Part shown: piece after piece, positions 14,701-29,417 of the stretch | Numbering within the stretch: position 1 is the stretch's first letter | Layout: every line of letters starts with the position of its first letter | From: Veleropilina oligotropha | Lineage: Eukaryota | Reading direction: 5' to 3' | Length of the DNA stretch: 64,000 nt | NCBI GenBank assembly: GCA_048128005.1 | Contig: JBEUKZ010000009.1 | Span: forward strand, 186,001-250,000 | The notes under the pieces: model-generated | What the model saw: only the letters and a program-made list of their open reading frames with translations | Told to the model about the DNA's origin: nothing | The model's database searches: none | Program-made: the position numbers and the translations under genes

Positions 14701-17700
14701 CTTGTTCATTTATTACCATACATTCATATCAAATTATGTTAACAGAAGGTTTAACCTGAACCTTAACCAAATGAGCATCGGACGGACGACGGAAGGACGG
14801 ACGGACGGACAAGGTGATCACTATAGGGCTCCCTAATGGGGCCCTAATAACTGCTAGAGACATGATGAAAATCAATCATGAAACTTCTTGATATATAAAA
14901 AAGATTTTTTTTGTAATAATTTTTGTAATTTATTATTATTTAAAAAAAAATATGTATGCACTTTTTTCAGCTCATAAGGTTTGCACATGTGAAGTTTGAA
15001 GTTGAACTGATGCTAGAGTGAAAAGATATATGGAAACAAAGCAAAATCTTAACACATATTTAATGATTACTATGATGACAAAGTCATTGTACTATATAAT
15101 ATATGTTATATACTAATATTCAGCATCCGAAGCATTCATTTAACATCAGTACCCATGAAACATCTATTGTTATGTTGATCTAGATCTTATACTTTTGAGA
15201 AACAGAGCCAAACGCAAATCTTCAGAAATCAAACAAGTAGAAACTTTGACCTGGGACCTTAACCAGAAGATTGGGCAAACTAGATAAAAAGTGATGGAAC
15301 ACCATCACAGAGGCCCCGCTTTAGCGATCACCAACACGATAAAAATTGTGAAAAGAGGAAAGCGACAAACATCATTGATCAAAGAAACTTTATGTAAACA
15401 CTCAGCATCGTTTCCTCATCAAACTTCATAAATGCGCATATCAAATTTGAATGAAATCTGTTCAGAACTGTTGACTGTACTGTGCGCACAAGAAATCTAA
15501 ATAACTAAACGATGAATCGACTACAGTACACTGTAGCCTCGGTATAACGCGGGTATTGGGGTCCAAGTGGACACGCACCGCGTTATAACCGATCCGCGGT
15601 ATACGAATATTGTCTATTGAAAAGCTGTCATGAATATGCTAATGTCATTGTAATGTGTATATGAGAGGAAAATAAATAAAATGATGAATGCAGGAAATAT
15701 AACATTTATTATAGCTATTTTGAAATGTTATATATATATATATATATATAGTTTATATATATTTACCTGTCTGACGGGGAAATTTTATAAATGTAACTCC
15801 GATTGTTTCAACATGTGTTTTAATTTAAATCTGCAATAAAAGCTTTGTTGTCTGTTATGTTCATAGCGTATTATACGGTGGTGAAATGTAGTTCATGTTC
15901 ATAGTAACCCAATTAAGCTGCAAGTGCATTTAATCGTTTCTTTTGTTTTGCACTGATCAATAGCCGCTCGCTCTTCTGTGACTAGGAATATCACATGGTG
16001 CGTGTGAAATCTTTGGGGTGTTGTTTTGTTTATCCATGGAGTTCAGAGGCCGTTGCGTTATAAATGAGCTGCCGACAAATATGTAAAATGCAGAGGGCAT
16101 TGCATTTAAAAAATAAGCGAAATTAAAATAATGTAATGATATTTGTAATTAATATAAATGTAGATGTCATTTACAACGGGAATACAATAAATTTTCTATT
16201 ACGTGATATCATTCAGTAATGTGATTTACTAATCGTTAACAGTTTGTCTTTGTTCTAAGCGAAATTTTCAATCACGTGATATCATTCATTCATTTGATTT
16301 ACTAATCGTAAATCATATCCATAAAAGAAACTTGATCATACAACGCTTAAAACATCAATGTTTATTTCATATTTGTTTACAAAACAACAAGTGTAATAAA
16401 ATATTTATTAGCAAGTAAATTTGTCATTGTCCTAAGCGACCGTAGACCCAAGCCGTCGGCCATGTTTCAGAGTCAACAAACTTACTTTCCATTGTTTCCG
16501 TGTGTAAAGGGATTAAGTTAACAAGACAATGATGTATGAATAAACTTAAAGAATCATTTACAATCAAGATGAATCAAGGTAGATTTTAATTTTAATAAAA
16601 GTATCGATTTGTTTTGCAATTTGTAAAATGGTTCCTTAATTTACTAAAATTATCATGAAACCGACTCATTTTATAGAAAGTAAGTATATATGGTATAAAA
16701 TTTTGGGAGCCATGATCTGCCTCGCGTTATAACCGATATCGCGGTATATCGAGGCGCGTCATACCGAGGCTACAGTGTCTTCCGAACTATTGTTCGGGAT
16801 GCATTAAGCTAACCTTGATCAATTGAGGAGAATGATAATAGACACTGTATACATTCTGATCTTTTAATGGCCATATATACTGCCAAATCAAGATACCCAT
16901 GGAATAAACCAAGGGCGAAGCCATGCAGTTTTCAAAATACATCATATTTTGATAATCTCGGCTTCACAGAGTGACCATTAAGCTTAACAGCTTACTTTGC
17001 CTATTGGCAGTGAGCAAGTCTTACAGATAAGCACATGTCCCTTTCATCATACACACATAACATTTAGATAAATAAACAAAATAAATTTAATAACTCTTCA
17101 AAAATTACCATTATTTCTATCCTAAATACTTTAAGGCATAATTAATTTTTCAGAATAACTGCTACAGGCATGATGAAAATCATTCATGAACCTATTTGAT
17201 ATATAAAAAAGAATTTTTTTTTTAATTTTTTTAATTTATTATTATTTAAAAAAAATATGTATGCACTTTTTTCAGCTCATAAGGTTTGCACATGTGAAGT
17301 TTGAAGTTGAACTGATGCTCGAGTGAAAAGATATATGGAAACAAAGCAAAATCTTAACACAGATTTAATGATTACTATGATGACAAAGTCATTGTACCAT
17401 ATAATATATGTTATATACTAATATACAGCATCCGAAGCATTCATTTAGCATCAGTACCCTTGAAGCATCTATAGTTATTTTGATCTAGATCTTATACGTT
17501 TGAGAAACAGAGCCAAACGCAAACTTCAGAAATCAAACAAGTAGAAACTTTGACCTGGGACCTTAACCTGAAGATTGGGCAAATGAATCATTAACCTGGG
17601 ATCTTATCAGAAGATTGGGCAAAGGAAACTCTACTGTGATCTTAACCTTAAGATTGAGCATATGAAACATTAACCTGGGACATTCACTGATCATGGGATA

Positions 17701-18866
17701 GTTTACTCTTGATCGACATCATAGCATGATCAAAGAAGCTGTTGGATATTCCGAACAGGGAAGCTATATACAAGTATATAACCTCATAAACTATCACCTT
17801 AAGTGTCACTGCTTACTGTGCCTGTAGCATACACTACAAGCCTAGAGCAAGTCTGACAGAGAGACAAGTGATCGACTTTCACCAAAGTTATGTTTATATT
17901 TAAAAATAATAATTAATCCCAATGGAACCTTAACCAAGGTAATTTGAATCAAATTCCATTAAGTAACGCCTATTAATAGTAGTTGAGTACCTACTCTTCT
18001 TTATTTATTGTCTATTAGTTATACTTTGCTAAATCAGCAGATTGTGCAGAAACTTTGACCTGGGACCTTAACCTTAAGATTGAGTACCTACTCTTCTTTA
18101 TTTATTGTCTATTAGTTATACTTTGCTAAATCAGCAGATTGTGCAGAAACTTTGACCTGGGACCTTAACCTTAAGATTGAGCAAATGAAAGAATGTGCAT
18201 GTCGGACGGACGGAAGGACGGACGGAAGGACGGACGGACGGACGGAAAAGGTGATCACTATAGGCCTCCCTGCGGGGCCTAATGAATCTTTAACCTGGGA
18301 TCTTATTAGAAGATTGGGCAAATGAAACTTTACTGTGATCTTAACCTTAAGATTGAGCATATGGCACATTAACCTGGGACATTCACTGACCATGGGATGG
18401 TTTACTCTTGATCGGCATCATAGCATGATCAAAGAAGCTGTTGGATATGCCGAACAGGGAAGCTATATACAAGTATATAACCTCATAAACTATCACCTTA
18501 AGTCTCACTGCTTACTGTGCCTGTAGCATACACTACAAGCCTAGAGCAAGTCTGACAGAGAGACAAGTGATCGACTTTCACCAAAGTTATGTTTATATTT
18601 AAAAATCATAATTAATCCCAATGGAACCTTAACCAAGGTAATTTGAATCAAATTCCATTAGGTAAAGCCTATTAATAGTAGTTGAGTACCTACTCTTCTT
18701 TATTTATTTATTGTCTATTATTTATACTTTGCTACATCAACAGATTGGGCAGAGAAACTTTGACCTGGGACCTTAACCTTAAGATTGAGCAAATGAAAGA
18801 ATGTGCAGGTCGGACGGACGGACGGACGGAAAAGGTGATCACTATAGGCCTCCCTGCGGGGCCTAA
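11780..18866. repeat. Compound array of HINE/Helentron-like non-autonomous elements with tandem duplications
   Basis: Starts CTAGATAA..GTGATGG at 11780 and 15280. Ends with a (GGAC)n microsatellite plus hairpin GGGCTCCCTGACGGGGCCC or GGCCTCCCTGCGGGGCC. 551-bp tandem duplication at 13751/14302; 14850-15280 is duplicated at ~17157-17580; ~17580-18281 is duplicated at ~18283-18866. Confidence 0.75.
15529..16777. mobile_element. Tc1/mariner (pogo/Tigger-like) MITE
   Basis: TA|CACTGTAGCCTCGGTATAACGCG ... CGCGTCATACCGAGGCTACAGTG; the right TA flank is imperfect. A related end lies near 58968. Confidence 0.65.
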
Positions 18867-20447
18867 TTAATTAATAATCAGTGAGAATGAAAGTACATTT
18901 AATGATGATGATACATCCCATCTATAAAATGCAGTAAAAACCATATTGTACTGAAAGAATATATTCTTGACAAGAACAAAAATGTTAATGAATTTTCTGA
19001 ATTAATAAGTCATCATGTCTTATCGTCAGTGCTTGTTGGCGGCTACCAGCTGGTTAAGTCTCGGTTATCCTGGTCTGCATCTGAGCGGTTTTTACATCCT
19101 GCTCTAAACTCATGGAATATCAGGTTCTAAAACTTTCAGAAAGATTGGCACAAAATAGCAATAGGAAAGAAAAACTATTCCCACTCAAAGAGATAAGATG
19201 TTTCGAATTTCTAACACATTGCCTGACGTATGTACTCCAAACAAAAAACATAAACCACATGAAAAAGTTACAAATAGAATCTAGGTTGCCAATTCAAAGC
19301 ATGGTTGTCGCTATTGTAAATAGATTGCACAAAAGACAGCTCTTATTGACACCTGCCATCAAATTGCAAATTACCTGTCAAGAAAATAATGAAACCACCG
19401 ATTTCTTCCACAACATGAATTTTATAATGCGTAATCTCTAATTTTCCACCTACCCGCTCGCATACCATACGAACAATCTGGTTTTACTTCTTAAAATTTC
19501 AATACTAGCCTAGATCCTAATTCCTTCATTTTACAAATATTAGAAGATTGTCCTCTGACCAGTTATGGATAACGGTAACTGCAACGAGTGCCCTATGGTC
19601 GGCGTCAGTGCTAGTGGATTCAGACCTTGTCACTTACAACTGCACAACCTCGTCAGCCTGTTTCTGACTGCCATCAACAGAATACATGGTACATCATGGC
19701 AGGATCTAACCCAGCTAGTGGTTATCACCAGATATTCTGAGCTTTCCACATATAAATATGTAGGGACAAATTCCAATATGAAATGATAAAGCGTACTACC
19801 ATGCAACACCATTTAAATCAAATATATTACCACCCAGTCACGTTGCACACTATGTTAAAATATATATTAGATTTACAGCACTCTTGAAATTCATGCCATA
19901 GCCACTGAAATCCTGTTCAAGTGTCATTACCAGATCATATTACTCTAAAAAGATTTAGGAATAATCCAGTAGGATTAAATAAGAGTCCAGAGGCAAGCTA
20001 AATACACTGAATTGGATTTCCAGTTTTACAGCCACATTTATCAATTTTTAGTCAATAATTAATATAATTGTAGGTGGAGTAATGCTTTTGTTTGAAGAAT
20101 GGATAACATTTTCAGAGCAATCTTCGCAAATAGTTTCAAGCATCACAATAATTAGCTACATGATCGAACCCACATTCCACCGCACGACTAGATGCTCTCC
20201 TGATGCTCTCACCTGGCGTACCGTCAAGTACAAGTTCCCGTGTTGTGAAAATCATTATTGGCAATAACATATACCACTGTCAGTGCAAGAACAAACACAA
20301 TACAAAAAGATGAATAACAACATGCATTCGCAATGTACGCTCTAGCAACAGTGCAGACAGGTTGACAGACAGACAATAAGTCATTCATGGACATAGAGAG
20401 AAGGATGGACAGACAAACATGCGTGCTTTGATGGATGAGTAAGTTAC

Positions 20448-20526
20448 CTTCTCCAGGACTACCACTTCCAGACGAAGCCTCCGTTAATTTGTGGGTCAGT
20501 CGCCTAGCAACCATCTTGAAGAGATC
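20448..20526 (-). CDS. RECQL5: RECQL5 exon (SRI domain, second part)
   Basis: TTTCAG acceptor and GTAAC donor; DLFKMVARRLTHKLTEASSGSGSPGE resembles human ELFKGFARHLSHLL. Phase 0 in, phase 1 out. Confidence 0.82.
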
Positions 20527-21524
20527 CTGAAATTATAATTACTTATATTATGCAATGAAAACATCAACTTTCAAGGTGAAACAATGTACATCAGCTTTAT
20601 CAATTAGGGTTGTCCAATGACAGTCTGCATAAGTGGATTTTATCTAATAAATTTGTCCAAGAATATGAGGCCATGGGCCAGGTATGGTTTATCTGCACCC
20701 CCCCCCCCCACAACCCTCCGACCCCGTGTTTTTCTGGACCATTGGGGTCCCCTGGGGTGGAAATCAACTGGTAACAGTGAATAAAATGGGATGAACTATC
20801 CATTTGGGAGATATAATTGATGGTACCCTCAAAACATCGATTTTTTCGTATATGTCTCGTCATATTCAACACTCTTGTTCTTTTCAGTTTCTAAAGTGGT
20901 TAATATTGCTCCATAGCAAAACTGTATGCATCAAAAGAAAGCTGGTCAACTACTGACCATCATAAAATATTCATATTGCAGATTTAATGGATTATTGGTT
21001 GTCAAAACGGGGGTTGAATGGCAGTACCCCCACCCCCTTTTCATCTTAGCGGAATGGACCAAAATATTTCAGCTTTTACAAGTTATATAAATATAATAAG
21101 AGTGCATAACCCCCAATATACACGAATAAATAGTTTTCTAGCTTTCTACATTATCCCAGCTTTCATTTGATACCAGAAACATCTCCATAGCTCCCAAATA
21201 CTATTTAATACAGCATCTCAAAGATACCGCCGGTTCATCAAAAATGGACATCTGATGCCACAATTCTCATTTTTCTAACCGCTTTTGTTGCAAACTATAT
21301 TAGAACTGCACATATATCTTATTAAATTTAAATATATTATTGATTTTGTAGGGATGGGACCAGGTATGGTGTAAGTGCACCCCTCCACATACAACACCCC
21401 CCCCCCCCCCCCTAATCTCATGTTTTTCTGGATTGGGGTTTAATAGCAGAACCCTACTTTTTCGTAGTAATGTGGAAGCGACTACAATATTTTAGCTTGT
21501 ACAAGTTATATATATATACAAAAA

Positions 21525-22288
21525 CTAGAGGTATAATCCTCATACAGGCCCGCCTTTTGGATATATAAATCCATAGAGAGGAAAATAATCAATAACTCTA
21601 TATCTTCAAAGTGCACGAAAATGACCTTGACCTTTGACCCAGACTCCATTTTTGAACTTAACCAAGGCCTGATGGTATACAAGGTGCATACTCAAGATGA
21701 AAGCTGTAGGTCCAGCGGTTCATCTTCTATGTGACAGAAAGCAATCTTCGAAGTGCCAGAACGGAAATACACGAAAATGACCTTGACCTTTGACCCAGCG
21801 ACCCCATCTTTGAACTTGGGCTAGGCCTGATGGTATACAAGGTGCATACCCAAGATGAAAGCTGTAGGTCCAGCGGTTCATCTTCTATGTGACAGAAAGC
21901 AATCTTCGAAGTGCCAGAACGGAAATACACGAAAATGACCTTGACCTTTGACCCAGCGACCCCATCTTTGAACTTGGGCTAGGCCTGATGGCATACAAGG
22001 TGCATACCCAAGATGAAAGCTGTAGGTCCAGTGGTTCATCTTCTATGTGACAGAAAGCAATCTTCGAAGTGCCAGAACGGAAATACACGTAAATGACCTT
22101 GACCTTTGACCCAGCGACCCCATCTTTGAACTTGGGCTAGGCCTGATGGTATATAAGATGTATACCAAATATGAAAGGAGTAAGTCCAGCGGTTCATCTT
22201 CTATGTGACAGAAAGCATCAGGCGACGGACGACGGACGACGGACGGACGCCAGTACACGGCTATAGCCCTGCCTTTAGAAGGCGGGCC
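21525..22288. mobile_element. HINE/Helentron-like element with ~4 internal 158-bp tandem repeats
   Basis: Subterminal IR GGCCCGCC/GGCGGGCC, 158-bp period, GGAC microsatellite, 3' hairpin, A-rich flanks. Near-identical to 62498-63565. Confidence 0.85.
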
Positions 22289-22559
22289 AATAAGAGTACA
22301 TAACGCCCTATATGCATGAATTAAAAGGTTTCTAGCATTCTACATTATCTCAGCTTTCGATTGTTACCAGAAACATCTCCATAGCTCCAAAATCATATTT
22401 GATACTGTATCTCACAGTTCATCGATAATGTTCTCCAGATGCCACAATTTTCGTTTTCTAACCGCTTCTGCAAACTAGACTAGAACTGTATTTATATCTT
22501 ATTTTAATATATTATTGATTTGAGGAAAAGGGACCAGGTTAGGTGTATATGCTCCAGGC

Positions 22560-22960
22560 AGTAAATGCTCCAGGCAGCGACAACATCGCACCTGAGGACA
22601 CTAAGCATGGAAAATCTGTCCTGCTTCAGTCCCTTCTCTGTCTCTGCTGGGATAAAAGAGCTGTCCCCCATGACATGCGAAACTCCACCATCGTAACGAG
22701 CAAAGGCGATCGCAGCGACTTCAACAACTATGGAAGATTATCCCTCCTAAGCATCGTTGGCAAAGTGTATGCCCGCATCCTCCTCAATATACTGCAGCTG
22801 ATCGTGGACCTCGTCTACCCAGTCTCAGTGTGCGACTTTATGGCAGGCGCGTCGGCGACTGACATGATCCCCCCCCCCCCTTCTCCAGCTTGAGGAGAAG
22901 AATAGAGAACAAGACCCGCCGCTCTATATGATGAAGCCCTCGTGACCAACACCGAGGATG
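22560..22960 (+). mobile_element. RTE-clade LINE fragment
   Basis: APGSDNIAPE...KGDRSDFNNYGRLSLLSIVGKVYARILLN, typical of the region upstream of LINE RT. Confidence 0.75.
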
Positions 22961-24620
22961 CCCTTCGAGGCATCACATATGGAACGAGTTGAGCCAATGT
23001 TATTGCCTCGTGTATGTGGTCCAGATTTCGCTTCCCTTCTGTAATGTAATGAGGATGCAGGAATGATACACTCAGTCTTGGAGTGTTCTGTCAGCTCTTT
23101 GTTTTCCCAAACCCTCTTTGTCAGCCTGGCCATGATGGTGGTAGCCTTCCCGTGCCGTTGGTTGAGTTCGACATCGAGTGAGAGGCTGTTGTTAATGGTA
23201 GACCCCAGGTAGATAAAGCTGTCTCCGTCTACAAGAATAAAGCTGTTGATGGTGATGGGGGAGGATTAGTGACATTTTGTAACATGACGCTTGTCGTCAG
23301 GCTGATAGTGAGCTCAAACTACTTGAATGCATCAGCAAAGCGGTCGCTTGGTCTCTGAAGGGCATCCTCGGTGTGGCCCACGAGGCTGCATCATCGGTGA
23401 AAATCATCTCCTGATGAGTACCATCCCGACCTTGGTTTTCGAACGCAGTCGTGTCAGATTGAATAACTTCCCATCCGACTTGGTTTGCAGATTGACGCCG
23501 TCAGTGGACGATTTGAAGGCATATGTCAGGATGAGGGAAAACTATCCAGAAGAGGGTCTGCGCTAGCAAGCAGACTTGCTTGGCTCCATTGCTGATGGGG
23601 AAGGAGTCTGAGGAGAAACCAACATATGGGACTGCTCTCATCATGTCAGCGTGGAATGAGATCACCATGCAGGAAGATGCTGTGCAGCTTTGTGGTCTCC
23701 CCATCTTCCTGCGGAGTTCACATAAGACCTTCCTGCTGACAAGGTCGAAACAGCATCATATAGAGCGACTGGCCTTGTTCTTTACTCTTCCCCTGGAGCT
23801 GGCGGAGGGACGAGATCATGTCGGTCGCCGACCTGCCTGCCCTGGGACTCTGGGTAGATGTGGTTCACAAACATCTGCAGTATATTGAGGAGGACGCGGC
23901 CATACACTTTGCCAACAATGCTCAGTGGGGATATTCCTATGTAGTTGTTGACGTTGGTGCGATCACCATTATTCTTGTAGCGCCTCACGATGGGCCATAG
24001 CATTCCGCATGTCTTGGAGGACTGCTCCTTTATCCCAGCAGAGACAGAGAAGGAATAGAAGCAGGGAATGTTTTACATTTAGTGGCTTCAAGTGGGATGT
24101 TGTCGCTGCCTGGAGCATTTACCAATGGGAAGGCATCCATGACATCACTCGGCTCTTCTAGTGATGGCACCTCATCCGGATCCTCCATGATGGGCAATTC
24201 TTTTTGATGCTAAGGGCGGCGTCGGAGATCAATGTTTCACGAGAATACAGTAACCCATCTGGTCATCTGTTTCTCGCGGACGTTGATCTGAGGGGGTCGA
24301 CGACGCCTTACACGCGACGGACGGCCTATGGCAATCGTTTTGCAATTGCACATGTCGCAAATGTTGCTGGAATCTGCACTTCCCTATATTCCTTCGAACA
24401 GTTGCTGCTGGCATTCGTTGACACACTGTCTTGTGAGGTGATGTGTGGTGCTTCGATGACTTCTGAGTGCTGCATGTGTGCTTTGACTTGGATGCCTCTT
24501 GTATGTCAGGAAGGCTTCCCAATTGACCTCAAATGCTGGTTCTATCCTTGCAAGGTGCGCATTGAACCAGACCTGGCTGGACGAATGTATATGGTACATT
24601 AAAGTAACTCTTCTTACTGG
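22960..24620 (-). mobile_element. Decayed RTE-clade LINE RT region
   Basis: NNYIGISPLSIVGKVYGRVLLN, ISFHADM, MARLTKRVWENKELT, with many frameshifts. Confidence 0.8.
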
Positions 24621-24929
24621 TACCACCGTTCGAGGATTCCACGAATTGGCGATATCCTTGATACATATACTGTACCAAAAGTGGATTTGGGGCTATAATT
24701 GTGATATCAATTGAAAGCTGGGATAATGCAGTATGATGCAATATTAACCATCACAAACACTGAAAGAACAAGAGTGTTGAATATGGCGCGACATCGATGA
24801 TAAAATCGATGTTTTGAGAGTACCATGAAGTATGGCTCAGGGAACCCCGGTGGTCAAGAAAAAATATGGGGTCGGACGGTTGTGTGTGTGGCGGGGGGGG
24901 GGGGGGAATCACTGCCAAGCCACCGGCCT

Positions 24930-25150
24930 CCCAGTGTCATTAAGCAACACTTCAATCCTCATCCGCTAACCTGACTGGACCAAACACAAAGTCAAGGAGG
25001 CCATCTACATACGCCAACAAAAACCAACCATGAACCGTGACCAGGGATGGCAGCTACCCACCATCTACCACAGCATGCTACCTGAGCGCCCCTTGCGGCC
25101 AACAAGATCATTACGTGATCAAGACTACTAGCTGAGTAGTCGAAACATCA
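24930..25150 (+). mobile_element. Penelope-like element 3' fragment (GIY-YIG end)
   Basis: WTKHKVKEAIYIRQQKPTMNRDQG, typical of the PLE GIY-YIG C-terminus, followed by hairpin GACTACT-AGCTG-AGTAGTC-GAAAC. Confidence 0.6.
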
Positions 25151-27380
25151 ATCAACGCTTCAATATCCTGTTCCAAAGTAAGTTAAAAATCTTTTCACTT
25201 TGTCATCACTTGGAACCAATAACAATATCTTCTCAAATGAATATATATGTTTTCAATGTACAATTCACACGTGTCATTTCTCATGCCAAATTTACTGTCA
25301 AATGTACCATGCTTTGCAAACACGAATGGATGTGGATGCGTGTTCAGTTTATTTGTGCAGAGCTAGCATTACCGCAGCTCTGTTATAAATGACCAAGTGC
25401 TGTATACTGTCAATCCGAAAACCAAATGTGCTAATAAATAATATCTTAATAAATAATATCTTTTGGGGCTTAACTAGTATTTTTTTATAAACATTTAATT
25501 AAAGATGTGTTATGACCAACTAATTTGCCAATTTCGGCTCCTGGTATAAGTTACTGTTTCATGTTTTTTGTCATTACTTCAATATATATCAACATAACAC
25601 AAAATGAAAATGACTGACAGCTGACAGGATTTCCCGGTCTACTGCAGAAACGCATTCACTTTACAAGCACGCGAGTTGTTAGCACATTCTAGCAGATGCC
25701 ACAGGAGAGGATTATTTTTAAATAAACAGATAGGTACTACTCTAGAATTGATTTCATCGCTACACTATTCATGCTATTGTTTATTTCAATATGAAATTGG
25801 CACACAATGTGATTTTTCTAAATACACATTTTTCCTTTATGCGAATCAAAATGGATCATTCTCATGAAAACATCTCTTGGCGAATCTTCACAGGATTCAC
25901 GTTAAAATTCAGCCCCTGAATTGATACACATAAAAATAAAATGTTTCAGAAATTTTAATTTCGTAATATGCAAAATATTACATAATACTGTAGTACTTCT
26001 GCTCTAAACATATTATTCAGTTTTGTAACAATAATTTTTCCATTTTATATCAAAACTCCTTACTTTATCAAAATGGACAAATCTGTAATGCCTTGACCCA
26101 GTGGAGCCTATTGTTATATATAGACTCTGTAAGCTAATGGCCACATGTTTGGCTCTACTGTACACATCTGCTACCGAAAGATACACAACTCAGGAATGAA
26201 GATTATCCCTGGGAGTCTCATCATGGTGATGACAAGGCTGTGATGCAGTGTTTTCACAGACCCATCCGCAACAGATTCATGATGCTGTGTTTTCGCCAAC
26301 TCATTCTGCAACACCGTGATGATGTTATATATTAACAGACCAAGCCTTCAAGGTGTTGTCAATGACTCGCCTTAAATTTTTCTGAATTTAATAGATTTCT
26401 TTTATAATGCATGACATTAACTTAATATGTCGTAGGTGCTACCTAGAAACGAGCACTCAGATATGGCATATATATGATACATATATACATATAATTATTA
26501 AAACTAATTACCGGGTACAAAGTTTAAACTAATATTTAATTTTGTTATTAAAAAATTAATAATAAATTATTAATTCTTTCAACTAGTTTATTGACATAAT
26601 TGTATTGCCACTATTGGCTCGATGTATCCCGAACTTTGACCGCTCATGGTCTTAGTTTTATGTTATGGTAAAACTTATATTGTAACTTGAGGAGCGATGT
26701 AGTGGGTTGCAACGATATTCTTTGTAACGGATATTTTATTTATGTGCACCGGTGAAATTACTTGTATTGCACACCGCCTAGTCGACACACAGACACTATG
26801 CCTATGTTATCGAAGCGAGGGAAGCGACGTACGGCTCGAAGCGCACATGGCTGTGGCTCGTCCATTTAAAGTATTTGTTTAGTATATTACGTTCGTTACT
26901 TAGGGCCCGTTACTTATTCATATAAGGTACACAACACTCTCTTAGTTTGAATCGATCGGTAAACTCCGCGAATTTACCGAATCATTTTCTCGTTGCCAAG
27001 ACGACACTGGCGAATTCAAGGCAAAGACGTCACCGCTAACGGATATCCAAGACTTGGCTTTAAAACTTCAGCGGAATTCAGTATTTATGACAGGCGCTGC
27101 GCGCCTGTCCTATGCATGTTTAATGTGGAAGCGCTTCGCGTTTGACACGCTTGACAAATAAATAAAATGTATACCCATAAGCAAAAGGCCCATATCAACG
27201 TTAAACGATCCCAGCATGCAACCCGTTTCCGTCCTAATAATCAGAAAGGTAAGGGTACACTAGATTTTGTTGATCATTGATTATTTTCTACACACACGTT
27301 ACCTATAGAGCTCACACTTCGTGCTCGTTATAATATTACACAACGTACAAACATATAATTTTATATTATTTGTTGCCTAA

Positions 27381-27953
27381 AGCTGGCTGTCCATTACTGC
27401 GGCTGCGCCTGCGGTTGCGTTTACGGCAGCGAATGAACCAATTCCATTACTGCGATTATGTGTGCGATTGACCAATTTTACTTGGTCTTTATTATCTTGA
27501 TCGCTAGTTGAAGCTACAATCGCTGTATTGTGACACACACTAGTAGGACTCATGTTTGTGTATGATAATTACGACAATGGTGTTAATATCTCTTTACCAG
27601 AGACATTATCAAGTACCATAATATGAGATATGCTATTCCATGTATTTTCATTCTTGAGTTTGTCGTGTAAATCAGGACTAGACTGGTCGAATAGGTATGG
27701 GTGTTGCCTGACGTCTTCAATTAACTTTTCTAAAATATCAATAGTAAAACCTTAGCTCGACATCTTTGTTGAAAAACCGCCTTGCGATGACATCATATCT
27801 AGGGAATCCCCAGTGCGATTAATATACGTCTGCGATCCGATAGCTACATTTTAATCGCAGACGCACCCGCAGTACTGGACGGGTTCCCTTTAAAACATAT
27901 GTGATCGATTAAATCGCAGCCGTAGACGCACCCGCAGTACTGGACGGCCACCT
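27381..27953. mobile_element. PIF/Harbinger-like MITE
   Basis: TAA|AGCTGGCTGTCCATTACTGCGG ... CCGCAGTACTGGACGGCCACCT|TAA, imperfect TIRs. Confidence 0.6.
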
Positions 27954-28506
27954 TAATGCATATATACGCCTGCCATTTGTTTTATGGCATATTAAAGAAC
28001 AAGCGCATCCGCGAGGAAGCAATTAGTTGAGCCGCAGTGCCCACTCTCAATAAACTTAATTTTATCTTTCTAGGTTGACCGAGTCCAGAGATATGTCTGT
28101 TTATGTATTTTACACTTATTTGACTTTGGTGACCTTGACTGTTGACCTCATAAATCAATCAGTAGTTAGATATCCACTCATATATCATATATATGAAGTT
28201 TCGTGGCTATACGTTTTTAATTGACCATGTTATGCCATTTGAAGTCATCGCGGAAATACACCACCACCACCAAACAGACAGAGACAGCCTCAATACAATA
28301 GTTTCTCCATAAACGGCTCAACTAATAACGAAATCAGTTGTTTACTTGTAAAAGTGAAGAAAGCTATTTAAATAATGATAACCATTTCTCAGACAAAATA
28401 AGTACCAAGGTCAGGTATGTCTCGTCCCTATAGGTAGGCCTATACCATCATTGAAAAACATTAACCGAAATAACAAATTTCACACATTATTTAAAATATA
28501 TTTATT

Positions 28507-29417
28507 CAGCGTTGAACTTAACTGGCGAACGGTCGTTCGGGTTACGCATAGGTCGCCCGTTTTCTAAGAACGGCTAACAGGTCGCCACCATCGCTGACAC
28601 TGTAGTATGGAAAATAAGAGGTGCTGTTTTTAATGCGGTTAAACTAAATATAAAAATATCGGCAACGGGCAGTTTTTTATTTCTGTTTGTATCGCGGCAT
28701 TATGTGCTTGTTACGAGATGATCTTTTCATATTAACAAATTCGTAGCTGTTCGTACTTATTTCCGTGGAAAAACACGTTATGCGAGATTGCTGTTACTAT
28801 TTGTGGGCTTCGGTAATTCCGTCGAATTTGATTGGCTTATCAATAATGGCATAAATCCAACGACATGTTAGCGATGTAGGAAGATGTTGACAGGCGAACG
28901 GGGACCACCGTTTCAATATATTATAATGAAAGCAAATGTGCATTCATGCATGTATATTATTATTACTTAAGTTGTCAGTAATATTAAAGTAAGTTTTATC
29001 TTCCGAAATTTGTGCGAACAAATCGTCTCCAAAAGCGTACGTCATGGCAAGGGTACCACACGGTTAAATAGTATAATAGCATTAATTTACTAGTCAAATA
29101 TATGTTTATAAATATATTATAAAATGGCTTCATATAAACAAATCTTAACTTTGATAACAAAACACGTTAAAGTTGTCACAATGAGCATGTTTATTGTTAT
29201 TTAAAGGGAATATAATGCATAATACATAATATTACTAACTAGTCAATTTGTGCAGGTTTGTTGTTATTTTAAAGACAAAATTGAATGTTCATTCTTGGTG
29301 ACTGCCAGTAACAAAAGTAATGAAATGAATTTATGCTGGTAACCTGTTTAAAATAGGTTACCAGAAGCAAATTTGTGGTAACCTGTTACCACTCAGGTTC
29401 ATTTAAGTTCAGCCCTG
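28507..29417. mobile_element. hAT-like MITE with 6-bp TSD
   Basis: TTTATT|CAGCGTTGAACTTAA ... TTAAGTTCAGCCCTG|TTTATT. Confidence 0.55.

Noticed and set aside
21727..22258. Repeated 67-aa ORFs (also 62702-63379)
   Set aside because: Translation artefacts of the 158-bp tandem unit.
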